Source of the DNA: Desulfuromonadales bacterium
Lineage (GTDB): Bacteria > Desulfobacterota > Desulfuromonadia > Desulfuromonadales > SZUA-540
Reading direction: 5' to 3'
DNA length: 64,000 nt
Assembly (NCBI GenBank): GCA_033549025.1
Contig: JAWSUS010000003.1
Span: 137,207-201,206 of the forward strand
Below, one piece after another: positions 12,521 through 26,833 of the stretch. The notes below the pieces were generated by a model, which was given only the letters and a program-made list of their open reading frames with translations, was not told where the DNA came from and ran no database searches. Each line of letters starts with the position of its first letter. Positions within the stretch are counted from its first letter, which is position 1. Both the position numbers and the translations under genes were made by a program.

Positions 12521-12850
12521 TTACTTATCAACAGTCTCGTTACATTTTTTACAAAAACGAGTCTTGCTACCGTCCTCAAGTATCCGGATGCCGGTACGAG
12601 TCGGTTTATTGCAAGCCCCGCAAAGCAGAAGAACGTTAGAAGCATCAATCGCAGCTTCCTTTTCGACAATGCCGCCTTCCGCGTTGCTGCGACTGGGCCT
12701 AGTGTGCCGCTTCACAACATTGAGATTCTCAACGGTGATACGACCTTTTTCAGGAAATACACGGGTCACTTTCCCCGATTTACCCTTTTCCTTGCCCGCT
12801 ATGATCATAACCATGTCATTCTTTTTGACATGAAGTTTCTTAGCCGCCAT
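12521..12850 (-). CDS. rplX: 50S ribosomal protein L24
   Basis: KOW motif (D.V.IIAGKEKGK.G), KEAAIDASNV. Confidence 0.98.
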   Translation of the reverse strand: MAAKKLHVKKNDMVMIIAGKEKGKSGKVTRVFPEKGRITVENLNVVKRHTRPSRSNAEGGIVEKEAAIDASNVLLLCGACNKPTRTGIRILEDGSKTRFCKKCNETVDK

Positions 12851-12871
12851 GTTTCAATCTCCTACACAAAT

Positions 12872-13240
12872 TTAAAGGACTTCCGGCGCCAGAGACACGA
12901 TTTTCATGAAACGGCGGGCACGCAGTTCACGGGCCACAGGTCCGAAAATCCGGGTTCCTACCGGCTCACCCGAAGCATTGACAACAACCGCCGAGTTGTT
13001 ATCGAAACGGATATAGGAACCATCAGGCCGAGGAACTTCCTTGGCCGTTCTGACGATCACCGCCCGCACGACATCACCCTTCTTCACCTTGGAATTGGGC
13101 AGTGCCTCTTTGACCGAGCAGATGATGATGTCACCAAGGCCGGCATATTTCCGTTTTGAACCGCCGAGAACCTTGACGCAGCAGAGCTTTCGGGCCCCCG
13201 AATTGTCTGCGACATCAAGCATCGTCTGCATCTGAATCAT
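12872..13240 (-). CDS. rplN: 50S ribosomal protein L14
   Basis: [22 protein letters not shown]. Confidence 0.99.
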   Translation of the reverse strand: MIQMQTMLDVADNSGARKLCCVKVLGGSKRKYAGLGDIIICSVKEALPNSKVKKGDVVRAVIVRTAKEVPRPDGSYIRFDNNSAVVVNASGEPVGTRIFGPVARELRARRFMKIVSLAPEVL

Positions 13241-13252
13241 AACTATGGTCTC

Positions 13253-13519
13253 CTAAACGGTTACGTTCTTTTCAAGAATTTCGCGGACTCTCCACCGCTT
13301 GTCACGAGACAGCGGTCTGGTCTCCACGATGAGAACCTTGTCGCCAACAGCACAGCTGTTCTGTTCATCGTGTGCTTTGTACGTCACCTTGCGCTTGATG
13401 TACTTTTTATAGATGGGATGCTTGACCAGCTGATCGACCTTGACCACCACGGTCTTGTCCATCTTGTCACTGGTGACAACCCCCACACGGGTTTTTCTGT
13501 TTCCACGTTCAGTCGTCAT
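13253..13519 (-). CDS. rpsQ: 30S ribosomal protein S17
   Basis: [20 protein letters not shown]. Confidence 0.98.
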   Translation of the reverse strand: MTTERGNRKTRVGVVTSDKMDKTVVVKVDQLVKHPIYKKYIKRKVTYKAHDEQNSCAVGDKVLIVETRPLSRDKRWRVREILEKNVTV

Positions 13520-13540
13520 ATCCAACCTCGTTGATCCTGA

Positions 13541-13729
13541 TTAAGCCTGCTTTTGCCGCAGAACCGTATTAACCCGTGCGATATCTTTTTTGATTTGAGA
13601 AATACGGGCAGTATTTTCCAGATGCCCGGTATGCATCTGGAATCTCAGGTTAAACAGCTCCTGGCTGAGTTCCTGAGACTGTTTCTTCAAATCATCAACG
13701 CTTTTATCTCTCAACTCATTAGCCTTCAT
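13541..13729 (-). CDS. rpmC: 50S ribosomal protein L29
   Basis: [24 protein letters not shown]; start set to ATG at 13729. Confidence 0.97.
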   Translation of the reverse strand: MKANELRDKSVDDLKKQSQELSQELFNLRFQMHTGHLENTARISQIKKDIARVNTVLRQKQA

Positions 13730-14144
13730 GAGCTTCTTCCTCCCTGATAACAAACTTGGTCTTCATCGGGAGCTTGTGTGCAGCAAGACGAAAAGCTTCG
13801 CGTGCAACATCTTCAGCGACTCCCTGCATTTCATAGAGCACCACTCCGGGCTTTATGACGGCGACCCAGCTGTCCGGGGAGCCTTTCCCCTTACCCATAC
13901 GGGTTTCGGCGGGCTTTCGGGTCAGAGGCTTATGAGGAAAGGCCCTGATCCAGATTTTACCACCGCGCTTGATATAACGCGTCATCGCCCGACGGGCTGC
14001 TTCAATCTGGCGCGAAGAAAGCCATCCGCACTCAATGGCCTGGAGGCCGAAATCACCAAAGTTAAGCTCGGTGCCTCCCTTGGCCGCACCTTTCATGCGA
14101 CCTTTAAATGTCTTTCTATGCTTAACCTTCTTGGGCATTAACAT
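13719..14144 (-). CDS. rplP: 50S ribosomal protein L16
   Basis: [19 protein letters not shown]. Confidence 0.99.
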   Translation of the reverse strand: MLMPKKVKHRKTFKGRMKGAAKGGTELNFGDFGLQAIECGWLSSRQIEAARRAMTRYIKRGGKIWIRAFPHKPLTRKPAETRMGKGKGSPDSWVAVIKPGVVLYEMQGVAEDVAREAFRLAAHKLPMKTKFVIREEEAHEG

Positions 14145-14175
14145 AGCAGTTTACTCCTATACCTGTCCTGGATTT

Positions 14176-14811
14176 TCACTGTTCTCTTGCGAGAACTTCG
14201 CCCTTGAAGATAAGTACCTTGACACCGATAATCCCGTAGGTGGTTTTCGCCTCAGCGAATCCATAATCGATGTCTGCACGAAGAGTGTGTAGAGGCACTC
14301 TCCCTTCGCGGTACCACTCCGTACGAGCGATTTCGGCTCCTCCCAAACGGCCGGCACAGTTGATCTTGATCCCCTGTGCACCGAATTTGAGAGCTTGAGT
14401 AACCCCTTTTTTCATGGCGCGGCGGAAAGCAACACGCCTCTCGAGCTGAAGGGCCACGTTTTCGGCAAGCAACTGAGCGTCGATCTCAGGCTTGCGTACT
14501 TCCTGAATATTGATAAAAACTTCTTTATCGGTGAGTTTGGCCAGCTCTTTCTTGAGAGCCTCAACCTCGGATCCCCTCTTTCCGATGATGATACCGGGAC
14601 GAGCGGCAAAAATATTTATTTTTGCCTTGCTGGCCGCACGCTCGATTTCGATTTTGGAAATGCCTGCGTGATAAAGCCTCTTTTTGAGGTAGTTACGCAG
14701 CTTAATATCTTCATGCAGCAGCTTGGCGTAATCCGCCTCGGCATACCACTTGGAGTCCCAGGTTTTGACGACTCCCAGACGAAATCCTACAGGATGAACT
14801 TTCTGGCCCAA
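14176..14811 (-). CDS. rpsC: 30S ribosomal protein S3
   Basis: [24 protein letters not shown]. Confidence 0.99.
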   Translation of the reverse strand: MGQKVHPVGFRLGVVKTWDSKWYAEADYAKLLHEDIKLRNYLKKRLYHAGISKIEIERAASKAKINIFAARPGIIIGKRGSEVEALKKELAKLTDKEVFINIQEVRKPEIDAQLLAENVALQLERRVAFRRAMKKGVTQALKFGAQGIKINCAGRLGGAEIARTEWYREGRVPLHTLRADIDYGFAEAKTTYGIIGVKVLIFKGEVLAREQ

Positions 14812-14831
14812 ACTATCACCTCCTAAACACC

Positions 14832-15164
14832 TTATTTTTCGTCAAGAATAACCGTCATGTGACTAGTCGGTTTACGAATACGGGTCGCACGTCCCTGAGC
14901 CCGAGGCAGGAACCGCTTTAGAACAGGACCCTGATCTACGGTAATCGACTTGATAAAAAGACGATCGACATCGTTAACACCCTTTTGCTCGGCGTTAGCC
15001 ACTGCCGAACTGACAAGTTTAGCGACAATGGGCGCGGCCTTCTGGGGAGAAAACTTGAGGACGTTAAGAGCCTCCTGCACCCCTTTTCCACGTACCATAT
15101 CGACAACCAGTCGTGCTTTCTGGGGCGAAAGGCGCGCGTAACTCAACTTTGCTCTGGCTTCCAT
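14832..15164 (-). CDS. rplV: 50S ribosomal protein L22
   Basis: [18 protein letters not shown]. Confidence 0.99.
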   Translation of the reverse strand: MEARAKLSYARLSPQKARLVVDMVRGKGVQEALNVLKFSPQKAAPIVAKLVSSAVANAEQKGVNDVDRLFIKSITVDQGPVLKRFLPRAQGRATRIRKPTSHMTVILDEK

Positions 15165-15191
15165 GAAATGAAACTCCTCTAACGGAACTAT

Positions 15192-15470
15192 TTATTTACG
15201 CTTGCTCTTTTTGTCGGCTCCGTGACCATAGTAGGTCCGGGTAGGAGCAAACTCACCCAGTTTATGCCCGACCATATTTTCGGTAACAAACACCGGGATA
15301 AACTTTTTACCGTTATGCACAGCAAAAGTATGACCTACGAATTCAGGAAGGATGGTTGAACGCCGCGACCAGGTCTTAATGACCTGCTTACTGGTAGTCC
15401 CACCTTCCAGATCGACTTTTCGCAAAAGGCTTTCTTGGACGTACGGCCCTTTTTTGATTGATCTAGCCAC
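15192..15470 (-). CDS. rpsS: 30S ribosomal protein S19
   Basis: [20 protein letters not shown]. Confidence 0.99.
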   Translation of the reverse strand: MARSIKKGPYVQESLLRKVDLEGGTTSKQVIKTWSRRSTILPEFVGHTFAVHNGKKFIPVFVTENMVGHKLGEFAPTRTYYGHGADKKSKRK

Positions 15471-15495
15471 TGCCGTCTCCTCTATTTAAAATGGT

Positions 15496-16320
15496 CTATT
15501 TAGTACGACGCCGGACGATGAATCGATCGGTCCGCTTGTTGACTCGGGTCTTGTACCCTTTGGTCGGAATGCCCCAGGGTGTTACAGGATGCCGGCCACC
15601 GGAGGACTTACCTTCACCACCACCATGCGGGTGATCAACAGGGTTCATGGCAACGCCACGGGACTGGGGACGCTTGCCAAGCCAGCGATTTCGTCCTGCT
15701 TTCCCCACCTTAACGTTTTCGTGATCCTGGTTCCCAACCTGACCGATGGTTGCGCAGCATTCCTGCAGGACGAGGCGAACCTCGCCAGAAGGAAGTCGAA
15801 GCTGGGAATACTTGCCTTCTTTGGCTGCAATCATGGCGTAGGTGCCGGCGCTACGGGCCAACTGGCCACCCTTGCCCACCTTCAGTTCAACATTGTGAAC
15901 CCAAGTGCCTAGGGGAATGGCGCGGATAGGCATGGCGTTACCAGGCTTAATGTCAGCTTTTTCGCTCGCAACCACAACGTCACCAACACTAAGACCGACA
16001 GGAGCCAAGATGTAACGTTTTTCGCCATCGGCATAGTTAAGCAGGGCAATGCGGGCCGTCCGGTTCGGATCATATTCGACAGAAACGATTTTGGCCGGCA
16101 CTTCTTTTTTGTCCCGCTTAAAATCAATGATCCTGTATTTACGCTTGTGCCCACCACCCGTGTGACGCTTGGTGATCCGGCCATTATTGTTACGTCCTCC
16201 GGTGCGCTTCAGCGGTGCCAGAAGTGACTTCTCAGGAGTCGAGGTGGTGATCTCCTCATAAGTCGAAGATGTCATATTGCGACGACCGGGTGAGGTCGGT
16301 TTATACTTTTTGATCGCCAT
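15496..16320 (-). CDS. rplB: 50S ribosomal protein L2
   Basis: [23 protein letters not shown]. Confidence 0.99.
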   Translation of the reverse strand: MAIKKYKPTSPGRRNMTSSTYEEITTSTPEKSLLAPLKRTGGRNNNGRITKRHTGGGHKRKYRIIDFKRDKKEVPAKIVSVEYDPNRTARIALLNYADGEKRYILAPVGLSVGDVVVASEKADIKPGNAMPIRAIPLGTWVHNVELKVGKGGQLARSAGTYAMIAAKEGKYSQLRLPSGEVRLVLQECCATIGQVGNQDHENVKVGKAGRNRWLGKRPQSRGVAMNPVDHPHGGGEGKSSGGRHPVTPWGIPTKGYKTRVNKRTDRFIVRRRTK

Positions 16321-16353
16321 TATGGTTACTCCGTATCGCTAGATTACTTGCCG

Positions 16354-16638
16354 TTAGACCCCGAAGAAATCGATGGTGCCTTCAGCCAGGGTGACGTAAG
16401 CTTTTTTGGTATTGGACCGTTTTCCGAAATTGCGACCGACCCTCTTAACTTTCCCGCGAGTCAGAGCGGTATTCACGTCCTTAACCTTGACGCTGAAAGC
16501 CTTTTCAACGGCTTGCTTGATTTCAATCTTGTTGGCATTCAGTGCTACTTCAAAAGCAACCACCTGGCCCACTTCTTTCTGCAGGCTGGTCTTCTCGGTA
16601 ACCAGCGGTCTCTTAATAATCTGATGCAACGGTTTCAT
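16354..16638 (-). CDS. rplW: 50S ribosomal protein L23
   Basis: P.VTEK, ANKIEIK.AVE, KKAYVTL. Confidence 0.98.
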   Translation of the reverse strand: MKPLHQIIKRPLVTEKTSLQKEVGQVVAFEVALNANKIEIKQAVEKAFSVKVKDVNTALTRGKVKRVGRNFGKRSNTKKAYVTLAEGTIDFFGV

Positions 16639-17258
16639 CAGGCCAACGCTCCTTCCAGTTGAGACACGGCGCCCTCAGTCATCACGAGGTTCGGATACTT
16701 CATGACGTCGTAAACGTTTACACCCTCGGCCTTAAGAACCTTTACAAAAGGAAGGTTTCTGGCAGACAACTCAACTTGGGGGTTTTCACCCTCAATGACA
16801 ACCAGCACCTTTTGAAGATCGAAGCGACCAAGAAATTCAGCAAAGGACTTGGTGCTGATTTTCCCGAGGTCAATCGTGTTGAGAACGGTCAGCTTGCTAT
16901 CCTGAAAGCGCACCGAAAGAGCGCTCTTCAGGGCTGCTTTTTTAACCTTACGATTGAGCTTGAAATTGTAATCGCGAGGATTAGGCCCGAAAGCCGCCCC
17001 ACCACCCACATAGTGAGGTGCGCGGATACACCCTTGACGGGCGTTACCAGTACCCTTCTGCTTATAGGGCTTTTTCCCGCCGCCAGCAACTTCACTACGG
17101 GTCTTGCTGGCAGAGGTTCCCTGCCGACGGGCAGCGAGTTGATAGCGAACCATGTCGTGAATCAGGTAGGATCTGACTTCGGCATTAAACACCGCGTCTG
17201 AAATTTCCTTTTCAGCCACCTGGTTTTTATTTATGTCATATACAGCGATTTTAGCCAT
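16638..17258 (-). CDS. rplD: 50S ribosomal protein L4
   Basis: [20 protein letters not shown]. Confidence 0.99.
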   Translation of the reverse strand: MAKIAVYDINKNQVAEKEISDAVFNAEVRSYLIHDMVRYQLAARRQGTSASKTRSEVAGGGKKPYKQKGTGNARQGCIRAPHYVGGGAAFGPNPRDYNFKLNRKVKKAALKSALSVRFQDSKLTVLNTIDLGKISTKSFAEFLGRFDLQKVLVVIEGENPQVELSARNLPFVKVLKAEGVNVYDVMKYPNLVMTEGAVSQLEGALA

Positions 17259-17288
17259 GGAGTTTCTCCCAAATCATATATCTAGAGG

Positions 17289-17927
17289 CTACTTTTTAGC
17301 CTTAAGGCCTTTGCGGATCTCCACCACAGCGTTTTTTGGCCCAGGGATGGCACCTTTAACCAAAATAAGGTTCTGATCGGGGCGGACATCAACAATCTGT
17401 AGATTCTGGGTGGTTACCTTTTTATTGCCCATCTGCCCAGCCATCTTTTTACCCTTGAACACCCTGGAGGGCCAAGCGCTGGCGCCGATAGACCCTGGAG
17501 CACGGTGGAACATGGATCCGTGCGTAGCCCTACCGCCGGAAAAGTTCCAGCGCTTTATAACACCCTGGAATCCCTTACCTTTGCTCGTTCCAGTAACATC
17601 GACGATATCACCGGCAGCAAAGATTGCCTGGCAAGTTATCTCATCGCCCACGTTATATTCATCCACGCTGTCAGCGCGAAACTCGCGAAGTGTACCGAAG
17701 GCACCCTTGCCTGCTTTTTTGAAATGTCCAAGCTCGGGCTTACTGACGCGGTGGATCTTCTTAACACCGTAGCCGACCTGCACAGCGTTATACCCGTCCG
17801 TCTCAACGGTCTTCTTCTGAAGAACCACACAGGGACCGGCTTCAACAACCGTAACAGGAATTCTTCTGCCATCGATGGCGAAGACCTGGGTCATCCCCAA
17901 CTTCTTTCCCAAGATTCCATTTATCAT
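17289..17927 (-). CDS. rplC: 50S ribosomal protein L3
   Basis: [27 protein letters not shown]. Confidence 0.99.
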   Translation of the reverse strand: MINGILGKKLGMTQVFAIDGRRIPVTVVEAGPCVVLQKKTVETDGYNAVQVGYGVKKIHRVSKPELGHFKKAGKGAFGTLREFRADSVDEYNVGDEITCQAIFAAGDIVDVTGTSKGKGFQGVIKRWNFSGGRATHGSMFHRAPGSIGASAWPSRVFKGKKMAGQMGNKKVTTQNLQIVDVRPDQNLILVKGAIPGPKNAVVEIRKGLKAKK

Positions 17928-17960
17928 CGGACCTACCCTTACCTAATATGAAGATTAATC

Positions 17961-18269
17961 TTAAAGCTTAATTTCGACATCAACCCCGGCAGAGAGATCA
18001 AGCTTCATCAAGGCGTCCACGGTCTGCTGGGTCGGTTCGAGAATATCCAGTAAACGCTTGTGCGTGCGCATCTCGAACTGCTCACGGCTTTTCTTGTCAA
18101 CGTGGGGACCACGAAGAACAGTGTACTTGTTAATTACCGTCGGCAGAGGAATGGGGCCGGCAATCCGGGCTCCTGTACGCTTGGCGGTATCCACGATTTC
18201 GTTCACAGACTGATCAAGAAGCTTATGATCATAAGCCTTCAAACGGATTCTAATTTTCTGGCTCGGCAT
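17961..18269 (-). CDS. rpsJ: 30S ribosomal protein S10
   Basis: [28 protein letters not shown]. Confidence 0.99.
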   Translation of the reverse strand: MPSQKIRIRLKAYDHKLLDQSVNEIVDTAKRTGARIAGPIPLPTVINKYTVLRGPHVDKKSREQFEMRTHKRLLDILEPTQQTVDALMKLDLSAGVDVEIKL

Positions 18270-18284
18270 GACTCTATTCCTCTA

Positions 18285-19475
<1,191 letters not shown>

Positions 19476-19495
19476 AACTAAACCCTCCTCGGCAA

Positions 19496-21574
19496 TTAGC
19501 CCTTAACCTTGGCAATTACCTCGTCGGAAATCGCCTTGGGGACCTGCTCATAGTGGTCAAAAACCATGGTGTAAGTAGCGCGACCCTGAGTGGCACTGCG
19601 CAAATCGGTGGCATACCCGAACATATTGGCCAAAGGTACCTGAGAATTGATAACCTGGGCAGCGCCACGCGCCTCCATTCCCATAATCCGGCCACGACGG
19701 CTATTCAGGTCGCCGATGACATCTCCCATATACTCTTCGGGTACGACGACTTCAACCGCCATGATGGGCTCAAGCAGAACAGGACCAGCTTTTGCTGCCC
19801 CCTCTTTAAAGCCCATCGAACCCGCGATCTTAAAGGCCATCTCGGAAGAGTCGACATCATGATAGGAACCGTCGAAGCAGGTGACCTTGACATCAACAAT
19901 GGGGAAGCCAGCGATAACGCCGTTCTGAGCGGCCTCTTCAGCCCCCTTGCCGACAGCAGGGATGTATTCCTTGGGAATAACGCCACCCTTAATAGCATCG
20001 ACATACTCAAAACCAGCACCGGGCTCCTGCGGTTCAATGCGCAACCAACAGTCACCATACTGACCACGGCCACCGGACTGGCGCACAAACTTACCCTGAA
20101 CCTCGACAGTTTTGGTGACCGACTCGCGGTAGGCCACCTGAGGAGCACCCACATTGGCGGCAACCTTGAATTCACGCATCATGCGGTCAATGATAATCTC
20201 AAGGTGGAGTTCACCCATACCGGAAAGTATGGTCTGCCCCGTCTCCTCATCCGTGTGAACACGAAGCGAAGGATCTTCCTGAACCAGCTTGCCAATAGCG
20301 ATGCCCATCTTTTCCTGGTCTGCCTTGGTTTTTGGCTCAACAGCAATACTGATAACCGGCTCAGGGAACTCCATGGCCTCAAGAAGACAAGCGTCTTTCT
20401 CGGAGCACAGGGTATCGCCCGTCGTCGTATACTTCAGACCGACAGCGGCAGCAATGTCACCAGAGTAAATTTCTTTGATTTCCTCACGCTTATTGGCATG
20501 CATCTTCAATATGCGGCCAATACGCTCTTTCTTATCCTTGGTGGAGTTGTAAACACTCGAACCGGACTCAAGGACACCAGAGTAAACCCGGAAGAAGGTC
20601 AACTGCCCGACAAAGGGGTCCGTCATGATTTTAAACGCGAGAGCGGCAAAAGGCCCACTGTCATCCGCAGGTCGGGTGATCTCGGCCTGAGTGTCAGGAT
20701 CGACACCCTTAATAGGAGGCACGTCTGTCGGAGAAGGCATGTAGTCGACGACTGCATCAAGAAGGTTCTGAACACCCTTGTTCTTGAAGGAAGACCCACA
20801 CAGAACGGGATTGATAGCCAAAGCCATTGTCGCCTTGCGAATACCCGCCTTGAGCTCCTTATTGGAGATCTCCTCGCCGCCGAGGTATTTATCCATCAAG
20901 ACATCGTCATGAGAACAAACTTCCTCAACAAGCTTTTCACGGGCCTCCTGAACCTCATCGACCATCTCGGCCGGAATCTCGATGACATCGTATTTCGCCC
21001 CAAGAGACTCATCGTCCCAAACAATGGCACGCATCTCAACGAGATCGACAACGCCCTTGAAGTAATCTTCTTTACCAATGGGAAGCTGAATAGGGATAGG
21101 ATTGGCGCCAAGACGGTCACGCATCATGCTTACGCCGCGCCCGAAATCAGCGCCGATACGGTCCATCTTGTTGACGAAGGCCATCCGAGGAACGCCATAC
21201 TTGTCAGCCTGACGCCAGACAGTCTCAGACTGAGGCTCAACGCCACCAACCGAGCAGAAAACGGCGATAGCGCCATCGAGCACGCGCAAAGAGCGCTCTA
21301 CTTCGATGGTAAAGTCAACATGCCCAGGAGTGTCTATGATATTGATACGGTGTTCGCCCCAAAAACAGGTCGTAGCAGCAGAGGTGATGGTAATACCACG
21401 CTCCTGCTCCTGCTCCATCCAGTCCATGGTGGCAGCGCCGTCATGGACCTCACCAATTTTATGGGAAACACCAGTGTAGAACAGAATACGTTCGGTCGTC
21501 GTAGTCTTGCCGGCATCGATATGTGCCATAATGCCGATATTACGCGTTTTTGCGAGTGATACTTTTCGTGCCAC
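19496..21574 (-). CDS. fusA: elongation factor G
   Basis: [24 protein letters not shown] start fits RBS spacing (alternative 21580). Confidence 0.99.
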   Translation of the reverse strand: MARKVSLAKTRNIGIMAHIDAGKTTTTERILFYTGVSHKIGEVHDGAATMDWMEQEQERGITITSAATTCFWGEHRINIIDTPGHVDFTIEVERSLRVLDGAIAVFCSVGGVEPQSETVWRQADKYGVPRMAFVNKMDRIGADFGRGVSMMRDRLGANPIPIQLPIGKEDYFKGVVDLVEMRAIVWDDESLGAKYDVIEIPAEMVDEVQEAREKLVEEVCSHDDVLMDKYLGGEEISNKELKAGIRKATMALAINPVLCGSSFKNKGVQNLLDAVVDYMPSPTDVPPIKGVDPDTQAEITRPADDSGPFAALAFKIMTDPFVGQLTFFRVYSGVLESGSSVYNSTKDKKERIGRILKMHANKREEIKEIYSGDIAAAVGLKYTTTGDTLCSEKDACLLEAMEFPEPVISIAVEPKTKADQEKMGIAIGKLVQEDPSLRVHTDEETGQTILSGMGELHLEIIIDRMMREFKVAANVGAPQVAYRESVTKTVEVQGKFVRQSGGRGQYGDCWLRIEPQEPGAGFEYVDAIKGGVIPKEYIPAVGKGAEEAAQNGVIAGFPIVDVKVTCFDGSYHDVDSSEMAFKIAGSMGFKEGAAKAGPVLLEPIMAVEVVVPEEYMGDVIGDLNSRRGRIMGMEARGAAQVINSQVPLANMFGYATDLRSATQGRATYTMVFDHYEQVPKAISDEVIAKVKG

Positions 21575-21610
21575 TGTCATTGATCCTTTCAGGGTCCTGC
21601 GATCGCCAGC

Positions 21611-22081
21611 CTACCAGCGGTAGTGAGCAAAGGCCTTGTTCGCTTCAGCCATACGGTGGGTATCCTCTTTCTTCTTCACAGAAGCACCGCGATTATTGGC
21701 GGCATCAAGAAGCTCCCCAGCCAAACGCTCTTCCATCGTCTTCTCGCCACGAGCGCGGGAATAGGTCATAATCCAGCGCATCGCCAGAGCACTACGACGG
21801 TCCGCACGAACCTCGACAGGAACCTGGTAAGTCGAGCCACCAACACGACGGGACTTAACTTCCACAACCGGACGAACATTCTCCATAGCCTTCTTGAAGA
21901 CATCCAAAGGCTCGTCATCGACCCGGGAGGAGATCAGATCAAAGGCACCATAGACAATACTCTCAGCGGTGCTCTTCTTACCGTCCAGCATAAGAAAGTT
22001 AACAAACTTCGCCACCAGACGATCACCATATTTAGGATCGGGGAGAATAACCCGCTTAGCAACTTCTCTTCTTCTCGGCAT
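21611..22081 (-). CDS. rpsG: 30S ribosomal protein S7
   Basis: [27 protein letters not shown]. Confidence 0.99.
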   Translation of the reverse strand: MPRRREVAKRVILPDPKYGDRLVAKFVNFLMLDGKKSTAESIVYGAFDLISSRVDDEPLDVFKKAMENVRPVVEVKSRRVGGSTYQVPVEVRADRRSALAMRWIMTYSRARGEKTMEERLAGELLDAANNRGASVKKKEDTHRMAEANKAFAHYRW

Positions 22082-22103
22082 AGCTTCCTCTCAGCCTTCT
22101 ACT

Positions 22104-22475
22104 TTATTTAGGGCGCTTGGCACCGTATTTAGAACGACCCTGCTTACGATTCTTTACACCGGCAAGGTCCAGGGTACCACGGACGATATGATAACGAACG
22201 CCAGGCAAATCCTTGACGCGGCCGCCACGAATCAAAACCACAGAGTGTTCCTGCAGATTATGGCCCACCCCGGGAATGTAAGAGGTCACTACGACACCGT
22301 TGGTGAGACGCACACGTGCCACCTTACGAAGAGCGGAGTTCGGCTTCTTCGGAGTCGTGGTATAGACGCGGGTACACACTCCACGCTTCTGAGGATTACT
22401 CTTAAGCGCAGGCGCGGTAGATTTTCTTTCTTTTTTTTCGCGTCCATTGCGGATCAACTGATTAATAGTCGGCAT
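22104..22475 (-). CDS. rpsL: 30S ribosomal protein S12
   Basis: [27 protein letters not shown]. Confidence 0.99.
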   Translation of the reverse strand: MPTINQLIRNGREKKERKSTAPALKSNPQKRGVCTRVYTTTPKKPNSALRKVARVRLTNGVVVTSYIPGVGHNLQEHSVVLIRGGRVKDLPGVRYHIVRGTLDLAGVKNRKQGRSKYGAKRPK

Positions 22476-22547
22476 CTACATACTCCCGATAAACGTATTC
22501 TCAATGTTGAAAGAACAAAAGATTTACAACAGGGGAAAAACCCGCAA

Positions 22548-22576
22548 ACATTATCAATCGGCCTCAACTTTGTCAA
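22548..22576 (-). promoter_or_regulatory. sigma-70 promoter of the str operon
   Basis: Minus strand TTGACA-N17-TAATGT upstream of rpsL. Confidence 0.7.
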
Positions 22577-22639
22577 GGCATTTTTTAGGCCACTGCTAAA
22601 AAAGACACAGTGGCCTAATTGCAACGTATTTTCAAACAG

Positions 22640-25600
22640 TTATTCGACAGAGATATCTTCACTCTCTTCGACAACATCGTCGTCGATGTCTTCCTCGTAG
22701 ACCTCCGGCACCTCTTCAGGCTCCTCAATATTGAGTTTGGCGCTGCGGTACTTGGAAATCCCGGTGCCAGCAGGGATCAACCGTCCCATGATGACGTTTT
22801 CCTTGAGGCCACGCAGGAAGTCAACCTTGCCCTCGATAGCCGCCTGAGTCAAGACCTTGGTGGTCTCCTGGAAGGAGGCCGCGGAAATAAAGGACTCGGT
22901 CGACAAGGAGGCTTTGGTAATACCCAGCATCAGGGGCTCACCGACGGCCGGCTGACCGTCTTCAGCCATAACCCGCTGGTTTTCCTGTTCAAACTCCCAC
23001 CGCTCTACTTGATCATCGAGCAGGAATCGCGTATCGCCGACCTCTTTGATGCGAACCCGGCGCAGCATCTGGCGCACGATCGTTTCGATATGCTTGTCAT
23101 TGATCTTAACGCCCTGGAGTCGATAGACTTCCTGTACCTCGTCTACGAGATACTTGGCCAGTTCCTTTTCGCCCAGAACACGGAGGATATCGTGAGGGTT
23201 GCTGGAACCATCCATCAAAGCCTCGCCAGCCTTGACAGAATCCCCTTCATGGACGCTGATATGTTTCCCTTTGGGAATCAGATACTCCTTGGGCTCCCCA
23301 ATCTCGGGGGTGACAATGACCTTCCGTTTGCCCTTGGAATCCTTGCCATAGGAAACCACGCCGTCAATTTCGGAAATAACGGCAAACTCCTTGGGTTTAC
23401 GGGCCTCGAAGAGCTCAGCGACACGGGGCAGACCGCCGGTGATGTCTTTGGTTTTGGTGGTTTCCCGCGGAATTTTGGCCAGAATATCGCCGGCGCCGAC
23501 AACTGCGTCTTCGGCCACGACAATGTTGGCACCGACAGGCAGCATGTAGCGGGCAGCCGCCCCATTGGGCAACTTGACCGTCTTGCCATCCTCGTCCTTG
23601 AGGGTGATGCGAGGACGACGGTCTGCCGCCTTCGATTCGATGATAACCTTACGGGACAGACCCGTAACATCATCGAGCTGCTCTTCCATGGTTAGGCCTT
23701 CGACGACATCACCGAAGCGGATTCGACCGGAGCCTTCCGTGAGGATCGGCATGGTGTAGGGGTCCCACTCAGCCACCAGGTCACCTGCCTTGATGGCGCC
23801 ATCAGGACCGACACGCAGCTTGGCACCATAGACAACACCATAGCGTTCCCGCTCGCGCCCGGTTTCATCGATAACCGCAACCTCGCCGTTTCGATTCATG
23901 ACAACATGGAAGCCGGCGCTGTCTACAACCGTGTTCAGGTTGATGTACCGAAGCGTTCCGTCAAAACGGGCCTCAAGAGAGGTCTGCTCAGCCCGACGGG
24001 AGGCGGTACCACCGATGTGGAAAGTACGCATGGTCAGCTGCGTGCCTGGCTCACCAATGGATTGGGCGGCAATAACTCCGACAGCCTCACCCAAGTTGAC
24101 CATATGTCCGCGAGCCAGGTCGCGACCATAACAGGTCGCGCAGATGCCTCGGCGGCTCTGGCAGGTCAACACGGACCTTATTTTAAGTTTCTCTATACCC
24201 GCATTCTCGATTTTGGTCACCAGGGTCTCATCGATTTCCTGATTCGCCTCCACAAGAATGTCACCCGTTACCGGATCCAGGACGTCTTCAAGGGCGGCGC
24301 GGCCGAGAATCCTGTCGCCGAGAGGCTCAATGACCTCGCCCCCCTCGGTGAGGGAAGATACGAGAATGCCATCGAGAGTGCCGCAATCCTGCTCGGTGAT
24401 GATGGCATCCTGCGCGACGTCGACCAAGCGACGCGTGAGGTAACCGGAGTTAGCCGTTTTCAGCGCGGTATCAGCCAGACCTTTACGGGCACCGTGGGTC
24501 GAAATGAAGTACTGAAGAACGGTCAGACCTTCACGGAAGTTGGCGGTAATCGGCGTTTCGATAATTTCGCCGGAAGGCTTGGCCATAAGTCCGCGCATAC
24601 CGGCCAGCTGGCGAATCTGCTGAGCACTGCCTCGGGCCCCCGAATCAGCCATCATATGGATGGCATTGAAGGAAGGAATCTTCACCTGTTCACCAGACTC
24701 CGGGTCCGTCAGCACATCAACGGAGAGGTTGCCCAGCATGATACCGGCGATATCCTCCGTACATTTGGCCCAGATATCGATAACCTTGTTGTAGCGCTCG
24801 CCATCGGTGATCAGACCTTCAGTATACTGGTTCTGGATTTCGGTAACTTCCTGAACCGCCTTGTCGATATGGTCCTGCTTGGCGGCCGGGATAACCATGT
24901 CGTCGAGACAGATGGAAATACCGGCAATGGTTGAAAATCGGTAACCTGTGTCTTTGAGACGGTCAGCAAGAATGACGGTTTCCTTCGGCCCCGCCAGACG
25001 GAAGGCCGTGTCGATCAGCTCGGCTACCTGTTTTTTGGTCATGGTCCGGTTGATGTGCTCGAAGGGAATGGAAGCCGGAACAATCTCGCGGAGCAGCACC
25101 CGCCCTACCGTCGTATCGACCAAAGCGGACTCACGCCCTTCCCCGGTCACCATGCGCACCTTGATCTTCGCCTGCAGATCAGCTTCGCCGGCGTCATAGG
25201 CGATGCGCACCTCTTCAGGAGAGAAGAAGATTTTGCTGTCACCTTTTACAAAAGCCCGCTCACGCGTCATGTAATAGAGACCGAGAATCATGTCCTGCGA
25301 AGGCACAATGATGGGTTTGCCATTGGCCGGGGACAGGATATTGTTGGTCGACATCATCAGTACGCGCGCCTCAATCTGGCTCTCGATGGAAAGAGGCAGA
25401 TGCACGGCCATCTGGTCACCGTCAAAGTCGGCGTTAAAAGCGGTACAGACCAAAGGATGCAGCTGGATGGCCTTACCTTCAATGAGAACCGGTTCAAAGG
25501 CCTGAATACCGAGACGGTGCAGCGTCGGGGCGCGGTTGAGCATGACCGGGTGTTCGCGAATGACTTCGTCGAGAACATCCCAGACCTCGGGCTTTTCCTT

Positions 25601-26806
25601 CTCGACCAGCTTTTTGGCACTCTTGATCGTGGTGCAGTAGCCCCGTTCTTCAAGCTTGTTGTAGATAAAGGGCTTGAACAACTCCAGAGCCATCTTCTTG
25701 GGAAGACCACACTGGTGGAGCTTGAGCTCAGGACCGACGACGATAACGGAACGGCCGGAATAGTCGACACGCTTACCCAGCAGATTCTGGCGGAAGCGGC
25801 CACCCTTTCCTTTGAGCATGTCCGAAAGAGACTTCAGGGGACGCTTGTTGGGGCCAGTGATGGCGCGGCCGCGTCGGCCGTTATCAAAAAGCGCATCCAC
25901 CGACTCTTGCAGCATCCTCTTTTCGTTGCGGATGATGACCTCGGGGGCCCGAAGTTCAATCAGACGCTTAAGGCGATTATTCCGGTTGATTACCCGGCGG
26001 TAGAGATCATTGAGGTCCGACGTCGCAAAGCGTCCTCCGTCAAGAGGAACCAGCGGACGCAGTTCCGGGGGCAGAACCGGGATAGCTTCGAGAATCATCC
26101 ACTCGGGTCGGTTCCCGCTGACCTTGAAGGCTTCTACAACCTTCAGACGCTTGGCGACCTTTTTGCGTTTGGCTTCACTGGCGGCCTCGCGCATCTCGAC
26201 GCGTAGAGATTGGGACAATTCGTCGAGTTCAATCGTGGTCAGCAGTTCCCTGACCGCTTCGGCACCCATGGCGGCCGTAAACTGACCGGCAAACTCGTCC
26301 ATCAGTTCACGATACTTGTCTTCGCTCAGGATCTGGCCGACAGCGAGAGTGGTATCCCCCTTATCCAGAACAACATAGGCCTCAAAATAGAGGATTCGCT
26401 CAACCTCTTTAAGAGTAAGGTCGAGCAAAGTCGCAATACGCGAAGGCAGCGACTTGAGGAACCAGATGTGAGCCACCGGACAAGCCAGATCGATGTGACC
26501 GAGACGTTCCCGGCGCACCTTGCTGGGAATGACCTCTACGCCACATTTTTCGCAGACAATGCCGCGATGTTTCATCCGCTTATACTTACCGCAGTTACAC
26601 TCGTAGTCCTTCGTCGGACCGAAGATTTTGGCGCAGAAGAGGCCATCGCGCTCCGGCTTGAAGGTGCGGTAGTTAATGGTTTCCGGTTTTTTGACCTCAC
26701 CAAAGGACCGCTCACGGATCTTGTCCGGCGACGCCAGTGAAAGACGGATCGAGTTAAAATTGAGGGGATCCTTCGGTCGCTCAAAAAAGCTGAAAATATC
26801 GTCCAA
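22640..26806 (-). CDS. rpoC: RNA polymerase beta-prime subunit
   Basis: NADFDGD catalytic motif, zinc-binding cysteines, 1388 aa. Confidence 0.99.
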   Translation of the reverse strand: MDDIFSFFERPKDPLNFNSIRLSLASPDKIRERSFGEVKKPETINYRTFKPERDGLFCAKIFGPTKDYECNCGKYKRMKHRGIVCEKCGVEVIPSKVRRERLGHIDLACPVAHIWFLKSLPSRIATLLDLTLKEVERILYFEAYVVLDKGDTTLAVGQILSEDKYRELMDEFAGQFTAAMGAEAVRELLTTIELDELSQSLRVEMREAASEAKRKKVAKRLKVVEAFKVSGNRPEWMILEAIPVLPPELRPLVPLDGGRFATSDLNDLYRRVINRNNRLKRLIELRAPEVIIRNEKRMLQESVDALFDNGRRGRAITGPNKRPLKSLSDMLKGKGGRFRQNLLGKRVDYSGRSVIVVGPELKLHQCGLPKKMALELFKPFIYNKLEERGYCTTIKSAKKLVEKEKPEVWDVLDEVIREHPVMLNRAPTLHRLGIQAFEPVLIEGKAIQLHPLVCTAFNADFDGDQMAVHLPLSIESQIEARVLMMSTNNILSPANGKPIIVPSQDMILGLYYMTRERAFVKGDSKIFFSPEEVRIAYDAGEADLQAKIKVRMVTGEGRESALVDTTVGRVLLREIVPASIPFEHINRTMTKKQVAELIDTAFRLAGPKETVILADRLKDTGYRFSTIAGISICLDDMVIPAAKQDHIDKAVQEVTEIQNQYTEGLITDGERYNKVIDIWAKCTEDIAGIMLGNLSVDVLTDPESGEQVKIPSFNAIHMMADSGARGSAQQIRQLAGMRGLMAKPSGEIIETPITANFREGLTVLQYFISTHGARKGLADTALKTANSGYLTRRLVDVAQDAIITEQDCGTLDGILVSSLTEGGEVIEPLGDRILGRAALEDVLDPVTGDILVEANQEIDETLVTKIENAGIEKLKIRSVLTCQSRRGICATCYGRDLARGHMVNLGEAVGVIAAQSIGEPGTQLTMRTFHIGGTASRRAEQTSLEARFDGTLRYINLNTVVDSAGFHVVMNRNGEVAVIDETGRERERYGVVYGAKLRVGPDGAIKAGDLVAEWDPYTMPILTEGSGRIRFGDVVEGLTMEEQLDDVTGLSRKVIIESKAADRRPRITLKDEDGKTVKLPNGAAARYMLPVGANIVVAEDAVVGAGDILAKIPRETTKTKDITGGLPRVAELFEARKPKEFAVISEIDGVVSYGKDSKGKRKVIVTPEIGEPKEYLIPKGKHISVHEGDSVKAGEALMDGSSNPHDILRVLGEKELAKYLVDEVQEVYRLQGVKINDKHIETIVRQMLRRVRIKEVGDTRFLLDDQVERWEFEQENQRVMAEDGQPAVGEPLMLGITKASLSTESFISAASFQETTKVLTQAAIEGKVDFLRGLKENVIMGRLIPAGTGISKYRSAKLNIEEPEEVPEVYEEDIDDDVVEESEDISVE

Positions 26807-26833
26807 AGCACATCCTCCTTATAGGATGGTGGT